Shown: in pieces, positions 36,420 through 49,659 of the stretch
Numbering within the stretch: position 1 is the stretch's first letter
How the letters are laid out: every line of letters begins with the position of its first letter
Assembly (NCBI RefSeq): GCF_001194135.2
Contig: NC_068997.1
Span: forward strand, 31,301,001 to 31,356,710
Direction: 5' to 3'
Origin: Octopus bimaculoides
Taxonomy: Eukaryota
Length of the DNA stretch: 55,710 bases
Position numbers and translations under genes: made by a program
The notes under the pieces: model-generated
Databases searched by the model: none
What the model saw: the letters and a program-made list of their open reading frames with translations, nothing else
Told to the model about the DNA's origin: nothing

Positions 36420-37980
36420 CTGTCTCATCATGGTAACTTTTGCTAAGCTTGAATGAATTCCATCAATCACATGTTGTGTTCTGTTCTCCAGGAAAAACTC
36501 AATCAAGTGTAGTAGTTTTTCATGGATTCCAACATTTGACAATTTTGACAGTAGGATATTGTGGTCGACTCTGTCGAACGCTTTACTGCGGTCAAGATAT
36601 ATGACATCAGACTTCGAACCTGATACCAAGGCTTTGAGTACACCTTCGATGTGTCGTAAGAGCTGTGTTAGGCAGTCCCTGCCACAGCGAAAGCCATGCT
36701 GGTTAGAATTTAGGAGATTGTGGTTCTCTAAGAAGCCAGCTATTCTTTATCTCACCACTTTTTCAAACACATTGATGATATAGACGGTGAATGATGTTGG
36801 GCTATAGTTGACTTCAAGGGGTTTGTTTCCCAGCTTGAAAACTGGATGACAGACGTGGATCAGAGTTGTTTCGTTATATAACCTGAGTCTACAGAATCTC
36901 TCCAGAGGTTGGTTAGAGAGTCTGCAAGTTGGTGTCTGAATTCCTTCAGGAGATTAACGGGTTACCTATCAGCGCCTATGGCAGAATAGTATTTGATCTC
37001 TTTTATTGCTGCTATGATGTCTGAAGCAGTTAAGGTTATATGTTGGAGATCACCTTTGTTCACATCCCTTGCGCCAATATCACTAAAGACAGAGTAGTAT
37101 TGTTTTGCAGTACTTCTGCCATTTCTTTAGCATCTTGTTGGAGAGTGCCGTTACATTATAATCGCGCAATGAACCAATGGATGAGACAGCGGTCCTATAC
37201 ATATTGGTATATGAACAGAACACTTTTAGGTTCTGTTTGATTGTTTTGAATAACCACTGTTCCTCTCCCTCTCTGATTTTCAATGCAAGATTTCATGTGG
37301 GTCTGCAGATGAAATTATCCCAACTCCAACCTTTTCATTGTTGTTGAATGTGGATGCTGTTTGTGGTAGTATTTCAATTGACTGACTGAATCTTTTTTCT
37401 TAAGCCTTCTGATGCTCCTGATGAGTGTTTGTTTTCTCTGTTACTGTTTGTTCTTGTGAATTGCGTAGAGGTGTGTTTTGAGCATAGATAGGTGCCCATG
37501 TTCTCAGCGCGCTGTCATGTGGTTTCAATGTCAGTGGATCTGAGACAGAAGGACCAGTCGATAAAAGACAGACGCTTTGTACTTTCCCCCACTCCTAGTC
37601 ACCTTGTGAAAGTTTATGTTGTCAAATAAGAGCAGTGGAATGGGATTGACTACTTTAGTTTTGGGATGCCAGAAATTAAAGTTGCAGAGTATTATATCGC
37701 GGTACGAGAGAAGAGACTCTTCAACTGAAAGGCTGTGAATGGAGCTAGAGTGGTTTGTTTACATCAGTTTCAGAATCGTTTTATTGTGTTGTTGGTTCGA
37801 GCACTAGTTGTGTCAGGAAATATTCATCCGTTAGATTAAAAAGTAATTGTGCTGCTGCTTTATCTGGTGTATTTCAGTTGTCTAACTTCAGAGTATTTGT
37901 AGGCCAGTTCACATTAGAGAGGTTTAAATCACGCGTCACCATGTTTCCGAGTTGTATTTTTGAAGGAAGGACTTGATTTT
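36420..37980 (-). mobile_element. CR1/L2-group LINE ORF2 remnant
   Basis: NYSPTSFTV, VFEKVVR, NQHGFRCGRDCLTQLL, DVIYLDRSKAFDRVDHNILL (ORF 36402-36629). Truncated before YADD. Confidence 0.85.
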
Positions 37981-38229
37981 GTTGAGGCGCACTTCAAAGC
38001 ACTTTAGGAGGCCTGTGGGGACCAAAACTCGTTGGCCTTGTTGAATAATGATATGGATCCACAGTAACCATTAGAAAATATTTCCTTGGCATCAATTGCA
38101 AAGGGTAATGACAAGAAGCAATAAAGTGAGGAGAAAGGAACAAGAATTCTTTTACGGAAAACACCTGCAGATTTCACCACTACCACCACCACCACGTCAA
38201 ACAAAGAAGAAAAAATAGTAAAACAATGA

Positions 38230-40420
38230 CAACAGTTTCAGTTGCTTTTTCGAAGCAAACACATTGTGAGTTTGCTCAGATGTGTCGGAGAACAGAGGAG
38301 GTGGAATTATGAGAAGAAGAGTTGGTTAAAGCTAAAATGTATCGAACCAGAACTGGCAGGACATCTTTGAAAGTAAGGTCCAGGTCCAGGTGGGAAAATG
38401 TCTGAAACCAGTAATTAAGAGTCTTATGTCAGCCGTGGTAAAAGCTTTCACACAGTAGACGTGAGGTTTTCAACCGAAGAACTGGCCAAAGAAAATGCCA
38501 CAACATTTAAAACCGAAGAATTGTATATGATTCCCACATACATCGGTCGGAGGGTTGTTAAATTGAAGGGAGTGGAGGTGCCACTAGAAATGGACATCGC
38601 CTTACTGGCAGCGGCCGTCTTGTACAACATAGAGGAGAGAGTAAAACTATTAAAAATACAACACTTTAAAAAGAAAACTGGTACGGCATAGAGATTTCGC
38701 AACCGCACACGAGATTCCAGATCCAATTGAACTCCCTGGAGGTGCTAAACTGTTTGCAACATTAGACGGTAGAAAGCCGAGATGTACATTTGTAACCAAA
38801 CAAACCATTTAAATGCATTCTGCCCTAGGCAAACAGAAGAGAAAATCGCACTGTTGTAGACATCTCCAACACAACAACAACAGTACTAGCAGAGGTAGAT
38901 GTCCCCTAGAGCAGCAAAAACAACAGCAACAGTAACAGCAACACAAATCACAACAGCACCAACAGCAGGAGCATCAGCATATACACAAAAATAACAGCAA
39001 TAGAAGCAACAACAGCAAGCAAAGCAAACAGCTCAACAACATCTGTTGCTTGCACACAGCTGACAGTAATAAAATACAACATCAGTAGCGCCCAAAACAA
39101 CAACGACCTTATCAACAAAGATAACCAAAAACCCTACAAGATTTGCCTTTTTCCCTTTCCTGCCACTCAAATATGTCCTTTGCGGAGTGGGTGGAAGAAG
39201 ATCCTAAATGGCAAGACGTCACCAGATCTAAACGATAAAGGAAGAAAACTACACAAACTAAAACATAAAAACCTGGCAGGTATGATGACAGTGAGAAGAC
39301 ACATAACAAAATAAACTCAAAAATACCTTCCCCATTAGCAACCACGTCAACAACAACAGCATCCCCATCAGCACCATCAGAAGCAGTACCACCATCACCA
39401 CCAGCACTACCACAAACACAACCCAGTTCACATACAAAGCTGGCAACACACACATCCCAACACCAACAACACACAATCATCAACTGCACAGCAATAAACA
39501 CAAAAAATAAAGAATTAATAACACAGACATATAACGATGCAGACGCTACAAACCCCAATTTCGTCACACTAACAGACAACATACGATCGCACATAAAATT
39601 CCTGCCAACATCACAAAACACACTCAACAAAATATCCTGTAGGAGTTGGGGCCTTCACGAAAGATATCAACAAAGACTCTACAACAGTCATAAGAATCTT
39701 TGGGGACAGAATAACCGACCCCACCTCACAAACAAAATTGCAGCAAGTAGCATTTTCCACTTTTATACCTTCATCCTACATGGTCACGCTTACGATAGGT
39801 AGCATAAATACACGTGGCCTGGAGTCCCCTTGGAAACAGGGCCATCTACGCAACGACCTCAGGTCACTAAGAGTCGATATGGTAGCCTTCACCGAAACTA
39901 GGCTTTTCGACCGACGTACGTTCATGCCCATTTTAGGGTTGATACTAGATCGATTTATTTCCGTGTTCATTGAGAATGGGAGGTGGAACTGCAGTGTTGT
40001 TGCGCAGAGGCCTAGATCTCGAGATGAGGACTATCTTCTTGAACCCAGAAGGATGTGAACAGCAGTGAGGGAGTACCCTCAGACTGGTAGACGTTTATGC
40101 TTCGGTAGGAGGAGATTAGCCGGATTTCTTCAGAAGTCTAGAAATTTCTTGGGAACGTTGCGACCTTTACTGTTAGTAGGCGATTGGAACGCCGTCTTAA
40201 AAACCACGTTTGGACTGCGTGGAACTAGCCTATAGAAAAGGGGGTGGAAAAACTTCGCTAACTTGCTCAAACATTTCTAACCGTCGGACAAATTCCGACT
40301 GGATTTTCCGGATGTGCCAATGTGGACTTGGACGAGTCATCCAGGTCGTATCTAGACAGGGTATTTTGTAGGCCAGTAGATAAGGATAGCATGAGGTGCC
40401 CACTTTTCAAACTTGTCGGC
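38230..40420 (+). mobile_element. Tx1-like element: ORF1, T/Q-rich low-complexity linker and ORF2 APE endonuclease (3'-truncated)
   Basis: VRFSTEELAKENA..MIPTYIGRRVVKL; frameshifted knuckle C(Y)ICNQTNHLNAFC (~38783-38823); MVTLTIGSINTRGL..VAFTET (39780-); RLVDVYAS, LVGDWNAVL, WTW, YLDRV. Confidence 0.85.
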
Positions 40421-40559
40421 ATACAGGGACAACAGTAACAGCATCAACGTGAACAACAAGAATATCGAAAACAACAACAACAATAGTAGAAGCGAAATCA
40501 AAATGCAGTTACCAATGGTAACAGTAGTAATAACAACAATAATAACAGCATAACATGCT

Positions 40560-41800
40560 CGGTAACAACTCTTTATCTTTTTGGAGGGCATTTAGCCAGT
40601 GGACCGTGTATTCGCTACAAGATCTGAACGCTAAAATGGTAAAATTAAGTGTTATGTGTTTGAATACGAAGGATAAAACGATTTCTGAAAGGAACACCAT
40701 TGTATATAAATATGTTTCTCACAAGAAGGGGAAACTTAAACTTCATACTCTAGCAGAAATAGAAAAATGCTTCCAAAGTGTTTCACCCTCAGTACTACAC
40801 ATTTACAAAAGTAAGCGATACGGAACGGTAGCTACTATATCCTTCCTGCAGCGTGAAAGACTCCTGAAGAATGGCATCTATTACTTACATGTCCTAGATT
40901 TTGATTATGATTCCCTATTAAATGGGTAAAAATTTGACTCGTATTCGAGTCAAGATTGTGCAGATTAACCGTGATCCGGCGAGTGTTTTAGCCATTCTCG
41001 AGGAGCATGGGGAGATAGTGGAGGTGAAGTTCAACCGACAATTCAACGAGATTGAAATTCTTATGGAATTCCAGATATTCGTTTCTGCAAGAGAAATAAA
41101 GTGCATTTCCGATATGATCCTAGACGTGAATGACAGTTACCGCATTTAGACCAGTAGCTTTTTATGCACCGACAGGGGATGAAATGCCAGATTTTTTCAG
41201 GTGTCCAAAGACATTCTTGAGAGAATCTCTTACTTAATACTACTGGGCACTGGAATAGTATTTAGGACGCACGGAAGCTCTGTGTGTAGCTAGTACATAA
41301 CAGAATTGGGTACAAAAACCTCAAAATTCTGCTCTAAAAACAGCTGTCTGACAGGTACTGACTGGATTTCCCTGATGTGCCAGTTTGGAGTCGGAGCAAC
41401 GACAACGAGTCATCAAGATCGTATCTAGATATAATATCTCTTGGTCAGATGGCAGTGATAGCATAGGTTGTCCATAATTCAAATTGGCCGGCAACACAGA
41501 TCATAAACTTGCACGTTCGGTTTAGATAGGATCTGTAGATAGGTATTCGGTAACTGAAGGTTGAGTGCGTCCTTTCCGGTGCGCAAAGACTACAGGGACC
41601 GGATTAGTAAACTAATTAAGCGACACTTGATAGAGGCAATCGTCAACAGCCACTGGCAGATTACCCTGAGGAGGGGCATTAGAGTAGAAGCGATAGCGAT
41701 TAACAAAGAGTTTACCGTCAGAAGGATCGTTACCTTATCCTGTTGGAGGAGCTTGCGTAACTCTATTATATTAAGAGCAATGTTGTTAGAAGCTTAGGCT
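40560..41800 (+). mobile_element. Second Tx1-like unit: ORF1 remnant joined to APE C-terminus
   Basis: RNTIVYK..IYKSKRYGTVAT..GKNLTRIRVK (ORF1); LDFPDVPVW..SRSYLD..GNTDHKL and DYRDRISKLIKRHLIEAIVNSHW (ORF2). Confidence 0.7.
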
Positions 41801-42049
41801 CTTGGCACAGTCACCTATACCAGACTGACTGAAGAGTAGAGCCCAAACGAAATGCGATCCACCTCACCTCGAGCCGAAAAATGTTGAGTTGAAGTTAAAA
41901 ACATCAATCAGAAAACCAACTTGTTACGGAAATCGCAGTTGTTTCAACTACTCCAGTTTCTTTCTCCTTTTTATAGGAAGTTTATTCTGGAAGACCTATG
42001 GCACAGTGTGACGAAAATCACCAGGAAACCATTTTGCCGATGCAACTTC

Positions 42050-43090
42050 TTACGATGAAGCTAAACGCTAGGATAGGGACCTGGAACATCAGAACTTTAT
42101 ATAAAAGAGCAAAGGTAGTATAGGTATCGAAGGAAATGAGGTGTAATATCAAGTAGCTTGGACCCTCCGAAACCAGATAGAACGATGCAGGACATACCAG
42201 GCTGTTATCCAGACGAGTCAATCCTCTATTCTGATCATCAGGAAGACAATCGGGAACACAGTCAAATTGTTGCTTTCCTGGTCTCACCAGCGGCTCTGTG
42301 AGCGTTAATCGAATTGAATTCAACGTATTTGAGAATAGTAACAGGAAGATATTCAACTCGAAGGGGAGGAAAACACTCATTATCCAATGCTATGGCCAAA
42401 GAAAATTCAGATGATTCAGCCAAAAAGGTCTTTTACAGCCAACTTCAAAAGATCTTCGATCAGCTCTCAAAGTGAGACTTGAAGATCGTCATGATTAACC
42501 TTAATACTAAAGTGGGTGTTGAGAATATCGGAAGAGAAGAACTCATGAACTTTTGTGCTCTGAATGGCTTAGTTATTGGAAGAACAGTCGTCCCACATAA
42601 ATGCATTCATAAGTCAACCTGGATATCACCAGATGGCGGAACCGAAAACCGGACAGGTCACTTCGCCATTGAGCGGAAATAGATCGGAGCTTACTTGATG
42701 TTAGCGTGAAATGGGAAGCAAATGCGGACCTTGAGCTCGAAACTAAAAGTCTACTAGGATTCGTCTGACAAATTGCATCCTCAGTTCAACACCCGAAGTT
42801 TCAACTCTGATGGTTAGCTCAAAACTTTACGTGCGATGGTCAAGAATCCCTTTAAAGCTCTATCTGACTTCATTGAGGATGACGTTATACATTAGATAAG
42901 GCTTCGAGAGTCGTGAACAGTATCATATACCAAGGTACTTTGTAGAAGACTGAGGAAACAAATGGAAACTAGTAGACAGGATGAAGGAACTGAAGGGATT
43001 GGCCAGATAGTGTAAAGACCAGCAAGAGAAATACTACTTGCAAGCTGAATATTGAATGACGCATGAAAAGGGGAAGAAAAGTGCTGGTAG
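42050..43090 (+). mobile_element. RTE-clade LINE APE endonuclease remnant
   Basis: RIGTWNIRTLY (42070-42100), LGPSETR, IIQCYG, INLNTKVG, FCALNGLVIGRTVVPHKCIHKSTWISPDGGTENRTGHFAI. Confidence 0.85.
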
Positions 43091-43094
43091 AGAA

Positions 43095-44520
43095 AAGGGG
43101 CAGTTCTTACTATCACTTTCGAAGCGGATACTAAAGTAGCAAACTTCTTAGATGTCACTCTTAGTGTGATACGGGATTATACTACCCCTATCATAAACCT
43201 AACCAATCATTGCAGTATATTAATACCTTCTTCAATCACTCCAAAACCACCTCAAATAGTGTAATTGCGCGTATTTCTATTAGAATATAAAATTTATCAG
43301 CAAATGAAGACATCATTGATGCACTTGCACTTTCCTATGACGAGGCTCTCAAAGTAAGCGGCTTCCGAGAAAAAAATCTGCTACTTGCACAATACTAAGT
43401 TCAAGAACAAATTAACACACAACTTTCCAGATAATAACCTTTACAACATGAATTTGACCTCTTCATCTCACCAGTCAATTAGCACAATAAGTAAAGCTTT
43501 TTCAAATCACATATGCAAGCACCATTGGCACCCTCGGTCCATCGGTAATTCTAAATCTCCTAACATTAATCAGCCCAATATAAGCACACAGGTAAAAAAA
43601 AAAAAAACACTTACATCTAGAAAACGTGAAATCATATGGTTCTCTCCACCCTTCTCCCTCAGGGTCAGATCCCTATCAAAATATTCTTTAAAATTTCAAA
43701 TTTTCCTCCGCAGCACAACTATTATTCTATATTTAATAAATTATCAATAAAGATATCGTACTCTACCACGCCTAAACTCGGATCTATTATAGCCGCTCTC
43801 AATAATCAGAAATTTCAAAGCAGGTCTGTTAGACGTGTGAGTTCTTGTACGGCACCTATAAGGAATCAGAAAGTTAGTGGTGCCGCGGCTGCTGGTAGCT
43901 CTCTTATTCTGAGTGGTTCTAGAGGGATAGCAATACCTCGAAATCCAGATTGCCGAGCGGTGAATGTTAGTTCTGGTGAAGTCATACGGTCCGGTTGTGT
44001 TCTGGGGTCCGACTTGGACTTACTCCTATCGATGACTTGTCAACCTGAATTAAACTCTCTAGGGCGACACTCTATAAAAGAAAACAGAATTGTAATTGTC
44101 ATGTGCCCAATTTATGCCCACTTGAAGTGTTTTGCTTACACAAAAATGTCATATACAAATGCACTGTGTTAACACCTCACAACCACCAAGCAATGATATA
44201 TGTAGGGAGTACTGTAGATTTTAAGCATATATATCGCGCACATATGAATTCTTTTATTAATACTAAAACCAAATTATCTACAACTTTAGCTACGCACATC
44301 TACAACCTCAAAACGTAAACTATCCAGTATAAATTATATTGGTCAATAGTAACAGAAGTCTCCCTACCTCCTTATAATTCACACACGCGTAAATGTAATC
44401 TTTCTATTAGAGAATTCCTAACTATTCTGCGTATGTATAACTCCTCTATGTTAAATAGGTTTTCGGATGTCATCTTTTCTTGTAGATGTAAGTATTATTT
44501 GACCCTCAAACATCTAGTAA
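43095..44520 (+). mobile_element. Penelope-like element, Naiad-type, 5'-truncated (RT thumb + GIY-YIG)
   Basis: ANFLDVTL, YYPYHKPN..YIN, RKREIIWFSPPFS, IKISYSTTP, CNCHVPNLCPL..CL..NVIYKCTV..IYVGST, LSTTLATHIY.LK, W.I, CNL.I.E, LNR..SCR. Clade assigned from recalled motif pattern. Confidence 0.75.
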
Positions 44521-45284
44521 AACTCCATACAATAAAATCATTATTCCATTAAATCTGAAATAATGTAAAACTTGGTTTAGGCCTTCTTCAACCTACCATC
44601 TCTAATATTATTAATAACTTCTTCTCAATACTAGTTTAATATCCACTCCATCTACTATATATCGAAACAGAGAAAAAAAGCCATCTGCCAGAGTAATCAC
44701 TGTAGATCTTTATAAAGGTTGTCAGAAATGGAGTCCATCATAGCTCATAACAAATGCAATCTTACAAGTTGAATATTCCTTGGTGAAGGAAACGGTGGTA
44801 TTGAATAGAACCTATGTTAATCTTTGCACCACTATGCCCACAGAAAAGTCCGTCGGATATAAACTTCTGGATTTTATACTTCTTCGTGGATTTACTCTAT
44901 TGTCTACACTCAGATTTTAAGCGAATTATAAACCTTATGGATGTACAGTTTATAAATTTTAATATCGTATTTTAATATCGTTTTTTTTTAAAAATAAAGT
45001 GGGACCATATATTTTTGTACATTCTTAATATATTCTTAACATGTTTATATGTAATTATGTCTATATATTTTTAATGTATTTTTAATATATTTTGAGTATG
45101 TTTATGTATCTATATATTTTTAGCACATAATTTGCTGCATATGATGATTTCGCAACAGAATATATTTTGATAACTTATCTTTTGTCGCTCTTCCTATTTT
45201 TGTATGGCTCAGATACACTGAGCACTTCGATGTGCTCTATATATAGAGATAATTCTATCTCTAAAAATATATTATATATATATG

Positions 45285-45490
<206 letters not shown>

Positions 45491-46672
45491 AGCTATAAAT
45501 TATTGACGGTCATAGAGTGACAAGTGGTTTCGCGCCTACAAAGGCTTAATTGTGTAGACCACTCGTCAGACTTAAATGACCGAAGGTGCATCAGTTATTT
45601 TTTGTCTGAAAAGTCGCCTAGACTGCGAAGCACTTTACCGGAGAGATAGCAATGCTTACTCTATGACCGGTCTATAACTTTTGACTTCCTAAAAGATACA
45701 GTACTGCTTTAATGCTTTAGAATGTGCTTTTTGATTAAACAATTTCCACCTAAAGTACTGTTCTCATTTCCTTAAACTACATTATGATCAGCTTCTTCCG
45801 CTCAACCGTTAGTTTTGTTTAAAAAGATTGTGTTCTACTGGTTTATAAAAAAGTCGAAGTTTTCTCAATAAGAATAGCTAACCTCAAGCGTTCTTCTTTT
45901 GAAAACTTTTATGATATCTGTGACTAGCAGGAACGCTTAAGGTGATTATTCTTGTAAAAGCTGCGGTGTCTCGAAACAATCTGACCCATAATGTAATTGT
46001 AAAAATCCGTGTAACTCTACTTTAGATGGGAATTGTTTTATGAAAAGCATGAACATATATAAGAAATGACTGTTATGGTTGTTAACTTTGATATAAATGA
46101 TGGAATTGTATCCATCTGGCCAACATATAAGAAATGACTGTCAACTTTCATTTAGACGATAGAGCTGTTTCCTTCTGGCCAATACCATTATGGGTGCATA
46201 TAACCCCCTGAGCTATGATCTCCGGTATTTCAGTCTATAAAGGAAACAAGCATCGCACAAGCTTTGGCTTATGCCTAGTACAAGATATCTAAATATAGGT
46301 TTGAGGAAAACTAAAAACATAATTTATTGAACTTAAGTATCACAACAAACAAAAATACAAATAGCTTTTCTTAGACGAATAAATTATGACCTTGACAATA
46401 TTAATTCAAAGTTATTCCTTCTGCAAAGTTTTGTTTTGTTGATCACATGCTAAAATCTTTCCAGTTTTAATAGTAGGGCGAAAATTAAAAGTTTGTTATT
46501 GCTCCTCTTTCAAAATCTGGCCTTGGGGGCTTATTAATAGACATCACAAAATACAGACGTATTGGACATTTAAGTCGTTTAAACTCGAAGGGCATATCGG
46601 AAGGTATCAAAGGTAAGCGAGAAATATTCGCCGTTTCCACAGACAGAAATTATTGTGGCCTCTATGACATTC

Positions 46673-47173
<501 letters not shown>

Positions 47174-47279
47174 TGATAATTTCATGGCAATAAGTCTTGT
47201 GCCATTGCACAGCTTTTGTTTAGAAAGGTTGTGCAGGAGTCTGACTGGAGCGCCTATTTTCAATCGAAGGCAATAAGTA

Positions 47280-47717
47280 GGAGCTGAGTATACAACACAA
47301 GCTACACACAGTAAGGACAAAGAGACATAAATAGAATTTTATAAAGCTTAGAAACGAACGCACAAGAACAGATTCGAACGCAGACAATAGACATTACAAA
47401 CACAGACAGCAAAAACAAATCAAAAGAAAATGAAAGATACCCCGCCCAATACACCAAAATAAGATCCCTAAGCATATAACATAAGCAACACACAGCAAGG
47501 AGAAAAAGACAAAAATAAAATTTACACGTGTTAAAAACTTTTTATAAAAATTTTGAATGACGTTAACTGGAGTGTGGGGTTCGAGTAGACGTCATTCCAC
47601 CTTTTTCATTTATTATTACTATTCTTTTCATTCGATTATATTTTTCTTCACTTTTGTGTTTTGTCTGTCCTTGCGCTGTCCCTTCTGTGTTTCAACTCTA
47701 TGTGGTTAATAAAAAGT
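47280..47717 (+). mobile_element. 3' portion of an ORF1-only Tx1-like unit (AC-rich tract + 3' module)
   Basis: 47341-47420 is homologous to 48914-48990. Hairpin 47555-47597; ends tatgtggttaataaaaa. Confidence 0.75.
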
Positions 47718-49256
47718 TTCAGTCAGTGAGGTACACCTTTGTTGTGCGGTTGTTTATTTATTGGTGAAGGTTTGTTGTTTGAAGTCGTTCTGTTGCAGTT
47801 ATTTCTCTGAGGACTACCTCGTGTTTGAAAACTTAGTGTCTTTTGACACATTGTTCACCTGAACAGGCTTGGTTTTCCTCTTGTTCCCCTGTTGTGGGCG
47901 AATTGTTTGCGTTTTGTATGGGGATTGTGCCCGCACAAAATGACTAGTGCTTTGTATGGTGTGTCGGAGTACATACAGGATGTCAACTCTGAGTACGAAA
48001 GCGACTCGGAAGAAAGTGTGGAAGATTATGCAGCAGCGGTCATTAGGCGGCAAAGAAGATAAGAGTTCGGGACGGAGACCGTGGAAACATTTCAACCAAT
48101 TCTGAGGGGAGAAGGAGCAAGCGTGAGGTTGAATCCCCCACCTCAGAAAGCCACGGAGGGAACGAGAAGAAGAACGATAATTTATAGAACACTATCTCTT
48201 AAAACAAAGAAAATAGAGATAGCGTCTACCGAAGAAATTGAAAATGCTTTAAAGCTTATTATGTTCAATTTACAATATATGAAAAAGGGCAAGAAATTCG
48301 GTATCTTGGAGGTACAATTCATATCAGAATACGACTCTAGGAGTGATTCGTGATCACTATACATACTTTGGCAAAAGAAACATAAATGTCGCAATAGAAG
48401 GATATTCACCTGAAATTAGACCGGCGTGACGTCTAGCAGCCGTTTGCTCCAATATCAGGAAGGAGATTACAGTGCTGGAGTTCGAAGAGTAAAATGTGCA
48501 GTGCAGAAATGGTGTGGCGGGAGTCTTCGGGCGACAATTCAAGCCACACCATTGGAACTGGAGGAAATTCCAGAATTTATAACTCTGCCGGATGAGACAG
48601 AACAGAGAGTCTTGTTCCAGGGCAGAATCCTAAGATGCCTGAAGTGCGGTCTGAATGGGCACATAAGGAAAACGTGCTCCCAAGCCCTTAAAAAAAATAA
48701 GATAAAACAAAGGGACAGCAAGGGAAGCCTAACGAGGAAACCCCAGGCGAGGAAGAAGAAGAAGAGCAGGGGGGTGCGCAGAAGGTAGTAGAGAAGGAGA
48801 ATTACGAGACGGGGGAAGCTAGATCGGCCACATATACCAAGGTAAGTGAGGAGGAATAATCAGTAGCAGAGAGGAAGAGCAAAAAGTTTTCATTCTCTTC
48901 CTCCCACATAGGCAAAAAGCTTAAAAACGAACGCACAAGAACAGATACGAAAGCAGACAAAAGACACTACAAAGACAAACATCACAAATAAAAAAATATA
49001 TCCCCAAAAAGAACACTGAATATACAACACACGCTACACAAAGCAAGGACAGAAACAAAAATAAGATAATTTTTTTATTTTTTTCTAAAAACGTTCGATG
49101 ACGTTCTCTGGAGTGTGAGGTCCGAGTTGTCGTCGTTCCACTTTTCTCTTTAACATTACCAGTCTTTTTATTTGATTCTGTTTTCCCCCAATTTTGTGTT
49201 CTGTCTGTCCTTGTGCTGTCTCCTCTGTGTTTCGACCCTATGTGGTTAAAAAACGT
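47718..49256 (+). mobile_element. Near full-length ORF1-only Tx1-like unit
   Basis: Head tcagtcagtgaggtac; RRRTIIYRTL..KGKKFGILEVQF; IQATPLELEEIPEFITLPD..RCLKCGLNGHIRKTC (48636-48677); hairpin 49096-49135; ends tatgtggttaaaaaaac. No ORF2. Confidence 0.8.
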
Positions 49257-49257
49257 T

Positions 49258-49640
49258 TTTAGTCAGCGTGGTACGCCGTTCGAGCCAGTCACGCAGACGA
49301 CGAAGTACGTCGTTATAATGAGGGACATATCAGTGTTGACTAAAACACAACAGGCTGGTAGCTGTATATGCTCCCTCAGAAGCTGGACAGTCTTTTTTGG
49401 AAACCTAGAGAACTTTCTAGGTACGTTTCACGCTATAGTGATGACGCAATCTGCGATGCACGAGTAGATTACGTCCCCCACTTCATTGAGTCTGTAATTG
49501 GTTTGTGTATCATTCGTTTAATTCAAAATTTTTAGCTGCTAGTCATCTTTATATGTAAAACCATTCGGTATATCGATACCTCCCTCATTTGTATTATCCC
49601 CTTTTTTTAGTCCCCTGTGAGCAATAAAGATAAAGAAATC
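49258..49640 (+). mobile_element. ~380-bp internally deleted Tx1-like mini-element (head + APE fragment + tail)
   Basis: Head ttagtcagcgtggtac; RLVAVYAP..SFF.NLENFLG..NAICDARVD (~49353-49475, frameshifted); tail gtcccctgtgagcaataaagataaag. Confidence 0.55.
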
Positions 49641-49659
49641 ACTATAAAAGTTTGTTCAA

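Noticed and set aside
43095-44520. Selenoprotein-type UGA recoding, reported for some Naiad elements
   Set aside because: The conserved Cys positions I can read are TGT/TGC. Stops look like random decay and I see no SECIS-like element.
46060-46170. Two ~65-bp imperfect direct repeats (acatataagaaatgactgt..tctggccaa)
   Set aside because: Only two degenerate units, no associated coding or structural signal.
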